A stretch of 40,000 bases of DNA from Atlantibacter hermannii (lineage in GTDB: Bacteria > Pseudomonadota > Gammaproteobacteria > Enterobacterales > Enterobacteriaceae), in NCBI GenBank assembly GCA_900635495.1, contig LR134136.1, forward strand, positions 3,312,704 to 3,352,703. The letters run 5' to 3'. Both the position numbers and the translations under genes were made by a program. Below, one piece after another: positions 37,404 to 40,000 of the stretch (within the stretch, counting starts at the first letter, position 1; each line of letters starts with the position of its first letter). Under the pieces are notes generated by a model. It ran no database searches. It saw nothing but the letters and a program-made list of their open reading frames with translations, and was not told the DNA's origin.

Positions 37404-39065
37404 ATGACCGGGAAAAAAGAGGTTAAATTTTTGCATTTTTTTCGCCGTCTGGCATTCCCACTGCGGATATTTCTTTTATTACTGGTGGTCTCGACGCTGC
37501 TCATCAGCGCGCTGGGTAAATACCTTTCCGCAAGCTTTGAAGACTATCTGACACAGCATGTGCGCGGCATGGCGATGAACCAGGCCAGGATCATCGCGTC
37601 CAACGACAGCGTCGTTGACGCGGTTAAGCATCGGGATACCCGGCGGCTTGCGCAGATCGTCGGGAAACTCTCCACCGGCTCCGATTTTGATTACGTCGTT
37701 ATCGGCGATCGTCACTCCATCCGTCTTTATCATCCCAATCCGGCCAAAATCGGCTTACCAATGCAGTGGACCAAACCCGGCGCGCTTGAGAAAGGCGAAA
37801 GCTATTTTATTACCGGCAAGGGATCTATCGGCCTTGCGATGCGCGCCAAAACGCCGATATTCGATGAGCATCATCAGGTGATAGGCGTCGTCTCGCTGGG
37901 GTATCTGGTCAGTAAAATTAACAGTTGGCGCCTTGATTTTCTGGTGCCGCTGGCAGGCGTGTTTATTGTAATCCTGATTATTTTGATGCTGTTATCCTGG
38001 GCTTTTACGGTTCATATTCGCCGTCAAATGCTCGGTATGGAACCGCAACAAATCGCCCGGGTCGTACGCCAGCAGGAAGCGCTTTTTGGCTCGGTGTTCG
38101 AAGGACTTGTGGCCGTCGATTCCGATGGGCTGATTACAGCAATCAACCGGAATGCGCGAAAAATGCTGGGGCTTGCTTCTCCGGGTCGCCAGTGGCTGGG
38201 ACGTGCGATTGGCGAGGTGGTAAGCCCGTGCGATTTCTTTACCGACCGTATCGAGGAGCCGCGCCAGGATGTGGTCTGCACCTTTAACGGTTTAAGCGTT
38301 ATCGCTAACCGTGGCGTGATTCGGTATCAGAATGCCCTGCCTGGAGCCATTATCAGTTTTCGCAGTAAGGATGAAATGAGCGCGCTCAATGCGCAACTGA
38401 CGCAGATTAAGCAGTACGTTGAAAGCCTCAGGACGCTGCGCCATGAACATCTTAACTGGATGTCCACCCTGCACGGGCTGCTGCAAATGAAGGAATACGA
38501 TCGGGTTCTGGCCATGGTGAAAGGCGAGTCTGAAGCGCAGCAACAGCTAATAGACAGCCTGCGGGATGCGATTGACGATCGTCAGGTGGCGGGTTTGTTA
38601 TTTGGTAAATGCCAGCGGGCGCGTGAGCTGGGCCTGACGTTAAACCTGGCGCCGGGGTGTGTCCTGCGTCAGCTTCCCCAGGACATGGACAGCACTGAAT
38701 TCGCCGCTATCGTCGGTAACTTGCTGGATAATGCCTTTGAGGCCTGTCTGAATAATCCCGAAGGCGGTAAAACCGTGGAACTGTATCTGAGCGATGAAGG
38801 CGAGGACGTGATTATTGACGTGGCGGATCAGGGATGCGGCGTGCCGGATGCGTTGCGCGAGACGATTTTTCAGCAGGGCGTGAGTACCAAAACCGATGAA
38901 CCTGGCGAGCACGGCATCGGGCTGTATCTTATTGCAAGCTTTGTGGAGCGCTGCGGTGGAGTGATTACTGTTGAGGATAATTCTCCCTGCGGCGCCTTAT
39001 TTTCCGTTTTTATACCGAAAGTGAAAAAGAGTGATGGAACAATCTCTGACCATTCTGATCGTTGA
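37404..39065 (+). CDS. citA: Citrate-sensing histidine kinase (CitA/DpiB)
   Basis: The 553-aa ORF has two TM segments flanking a periplasmic PAS-like domain. It is colinear with E. coli DpiB (…YVVIGDRHSIRLYHPNP.KIG…LRHEHLNWMSTL.GLLQMKEYD…GEHGIGLYLIAS…). AAGGAA lies upstream of the ATG. Confidence 0.93.
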   Translation: MTGKKEVKFLHFFRRLAFPLRIFLLLLVVSTLLISALGKYLSASFEDYLTQHVRGMAMNQARIIASNDSVVDAVKHRDTRRLAQIVGKLSTGSDFDYVVIGDRHSIRLYHPNPAKIGLPMQWTKPGALEKGESYFITGKGSIGLAMRAKTPIFDEHHQVIGVVSLGYLVSKINSWRLDFLVPLAGVFIVILIILMLLSWAFTVHIRRQMLGMEPQQIARVVRQQEALFGSVFEGLVAVDSDGLITAINRNARKMLGLASPGRQWLGRAIGEVVSPCDFFTDRIEEPRQDVVCTFNGLSVIANRGVIRYQNALPGAIISFRSKDEMSALNAQLTQIKQYVESLRTLRHEHLNWMSTLHGLLQMKEYDRVLAMVKGESEAQQQLIDSLRDAIDDRQVAGLLFGKCQRARELGLTLNLAPGCVLRQLPQDMDSTEFAAIVGNLLDNAFEACLNNPEGGKTVELYLSDEGEDVIIDVADQGCGVPDALRETIFQQGVSTKTDEPGEHGIGLYLIASFVERCGGVITVEDNSPCGALFSVFIPKVKKSDGTISDHSDR

Positions 39066-39714
39066 GGACGAAACGCCGCTTGCGGAAATGCATGCCGAGT
39101 TTATTCGACATTTCCCGGGCTGCGCTACGGTATGGCTGGCAGGCAATCTGGCGCAGGCGCGGGAGATGATTACGCGTTTTAAACCGACGCTTATCCTGCT
39201 CGACAATTATTTGCCCGACGGTAAAGGGATTACATTGCTGCACGAACTCTCCCAGGCCCGCTTCACGGGCGGTGTCGTGTTTACGACGGCGGCCAGTGAT
39301 ATGGATACGGTGTCGGATGCGGTGCGTTGCGGGGTGTTTGATTATCTGGTCAAACCTATCGCGTATGAACGCCTTGGGCAGACGCTGGTTCGTTTTCAGC
39401 AGCGTATGGCGATGGTGTCTGCGAATGCCAGTGCCAGCCAACGGCAAATCGATGAGATGTTCAATGCGTATGCGCGGGGTAAACCAAAGGAAGCGTTGCC
39501 GCCCGGTATTGATGCGCTGACCCTTGCCAAAGTCCAGCAGTTATTTGCCGACCCGCAGGCGCGTCATACCGCAGAAACGGTGGCGGACGAACTCAAATTA
39601 AGCCGTACGACGGCCCGTCGTTATCTGGAGTTTGCCGCAAGCCGCCAGCAGATTGTGGCGGAAATCATTTATGGCAAAGTGGGCCGCCCGCAGCGAACTT
39701 ATCGGGCGTTATGA
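39034..39714 (+). CDS. citB: Citrate-responsive response regulator (CitB/DpiA)
   Basis: From ATG 39034 (the ORF track starts at GTG 39031) the protein MEQSLTILIVEDETPLAEMHAEFIRH…FDYLVKPIAYERLGQTL…GKVGRPQR.Y is colinear with E. coli DpiA. It overlaps the citA 3' end by 32 nt. Confidence 0.93.
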   Translation: MEQSLTILIVEDETPLAEMHAEFIRHFPGCATVWLAGNLAQAREMITRFKPTLILLDNYLPDGKGITLLHELSQARFTGGVVFTTAASDMDTVSDAVRCGVFDYLVKPIAYERLGQTLVRFQQRMAMVSANASASQRQIDEMFNAYARGKPKEALPPGIDALTLAKVQQLFADPQARHTAETVADELKLSRTTARRYLEFAASRQQIVAEIIYGKVGRPQRTYRAL

Positions 39715-40000
39715 TTTAGCGACATGGACGTTGTCTCAGGCATTACCACCACCCGGTTGCGTCCGCGTTTTTTCGCGGCGTACAGCGCGGTATCAGCCTG
39801 ATGGATCAGCTCACTGGCAATCATATGCAGCGGCGTATCCGCTGGCAGTAAGTCGCAGGCGTAAAACGTCGTTACGCCAATGCTGATGGTAAGTGCGCCC
39901 GTGGGACTGGCGACATGGGGCAGTTGCAGAGCATTGATATTCTCGCGCAGGCGTTCCGCCACCGTCAGCGCGCCCATGCGGTCGGTACGCGGAAGAATCA
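39699..40000 (-). CDS. Diguanylate cyclase (GGDEF domain), 3' part only. The gene continues beyond the window.
   Basis: The ORF ending at 39699 encodes …LTISIGVT…ELIHQADTALYAAKKRGRNRVVV, a typical GGDEF-domain C-terminus. The ORF is open to the window edge. Confidence 0.7.
   Translation of the reverse strand, partial: ILPRTDRMGALTVAERLRENINALQLPHVASPTGALTISIGVTTFYACDLLPADTPLHMIASELIHQADTALYAAKKRGRNRVVVMPETTSMSLNHNAR

Noticed and set aside
1-40000. A search by eye for CRISPR arrays, IS elements or inverted terminal repeats, integrases, tRNA/rRNA genes, toxin-antitoxin pairs, or defence or novel multi-gene systems.
   Set aside because: I found no periodic repeat-spacer structure, no transposase-, integrase- or phage-like ORFs, no tRNA-like cloverleaf candidates in the short intergenic regions, and no unassigned non-nested ORFs. 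The window appears to be core anaerobic metabolism rather than an accessory island.

Overview
This is a chromosomal segment of an Enterobacteriaceae-like gammaproteobacterium. The proteins are colinear with E. coli, Salmonella and Citrobacter homologues that I recognise from memory. Almost the whole window encodes anaerobic energy and stress metabolism.

Gene order, left to right:
- fdnGHI-type formate dehydrogenase (31-4603, +)
- a ygbA-like/yeaR-like NO-stress pair (4696-5422, -)
- an hydN/fdhF-like pair (5706-8454, -)
- a FocA/FocB-family formate channel (8878-9733, -)
- hyfR (10097-12120, +)
- a complete Hyd-4/FHL-2 operon, hyfABCDEFGHIJ plus a hycI-type protease (12187-23491, -)
- nikR
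- a BetT-like BCCT transporter
- norVW
- a DMT/EamA transporter
- citCDEFXG-citT with divergent citAB
- the 3' part of a GGDEF gene

I found no rRNA, tRNA, CRISPR array, IS/transposase, integrase, phage gene or recognisable defence gene. Every non-nested ORF belongs to a well-known family, so I do not see a new protein-coding system here. The points worth a second look are regulatory and organisational:
1. A sigma54 promoter plus three NorR-type GT-N7-AC boxes sits in front of the yeaR-like/ygbA-like operon. It shares a 15-nt identical string with the norV enhancer, and norR itself is absent from its usual place next to norV.
2. Both molybdopterin formate dehydrogenases carry Cys codons where the E. 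coli enzymes have selenocysteine. The fdhF-like gene retains a decayed SECIS-like hairpin.
3. The FHL-2 locus is self-contained and arranged differently from E. coli hyf. It has its own protease, a convergent hyfR, a separate sigma54-driven hydN-fdhF(Cys) unit, and an orphan His-tailed nikR upstream.
4. Twelve of the 35 genes are interrupted by 16 frame breaks. All 16 are explained by single-base insertions, mostly in short homopolymers. This looks like a systematic sequencing or assembly artefact rather than biology. These genes are typed pseudogene because the frame is broken as assembled, but they are probably intact genes.
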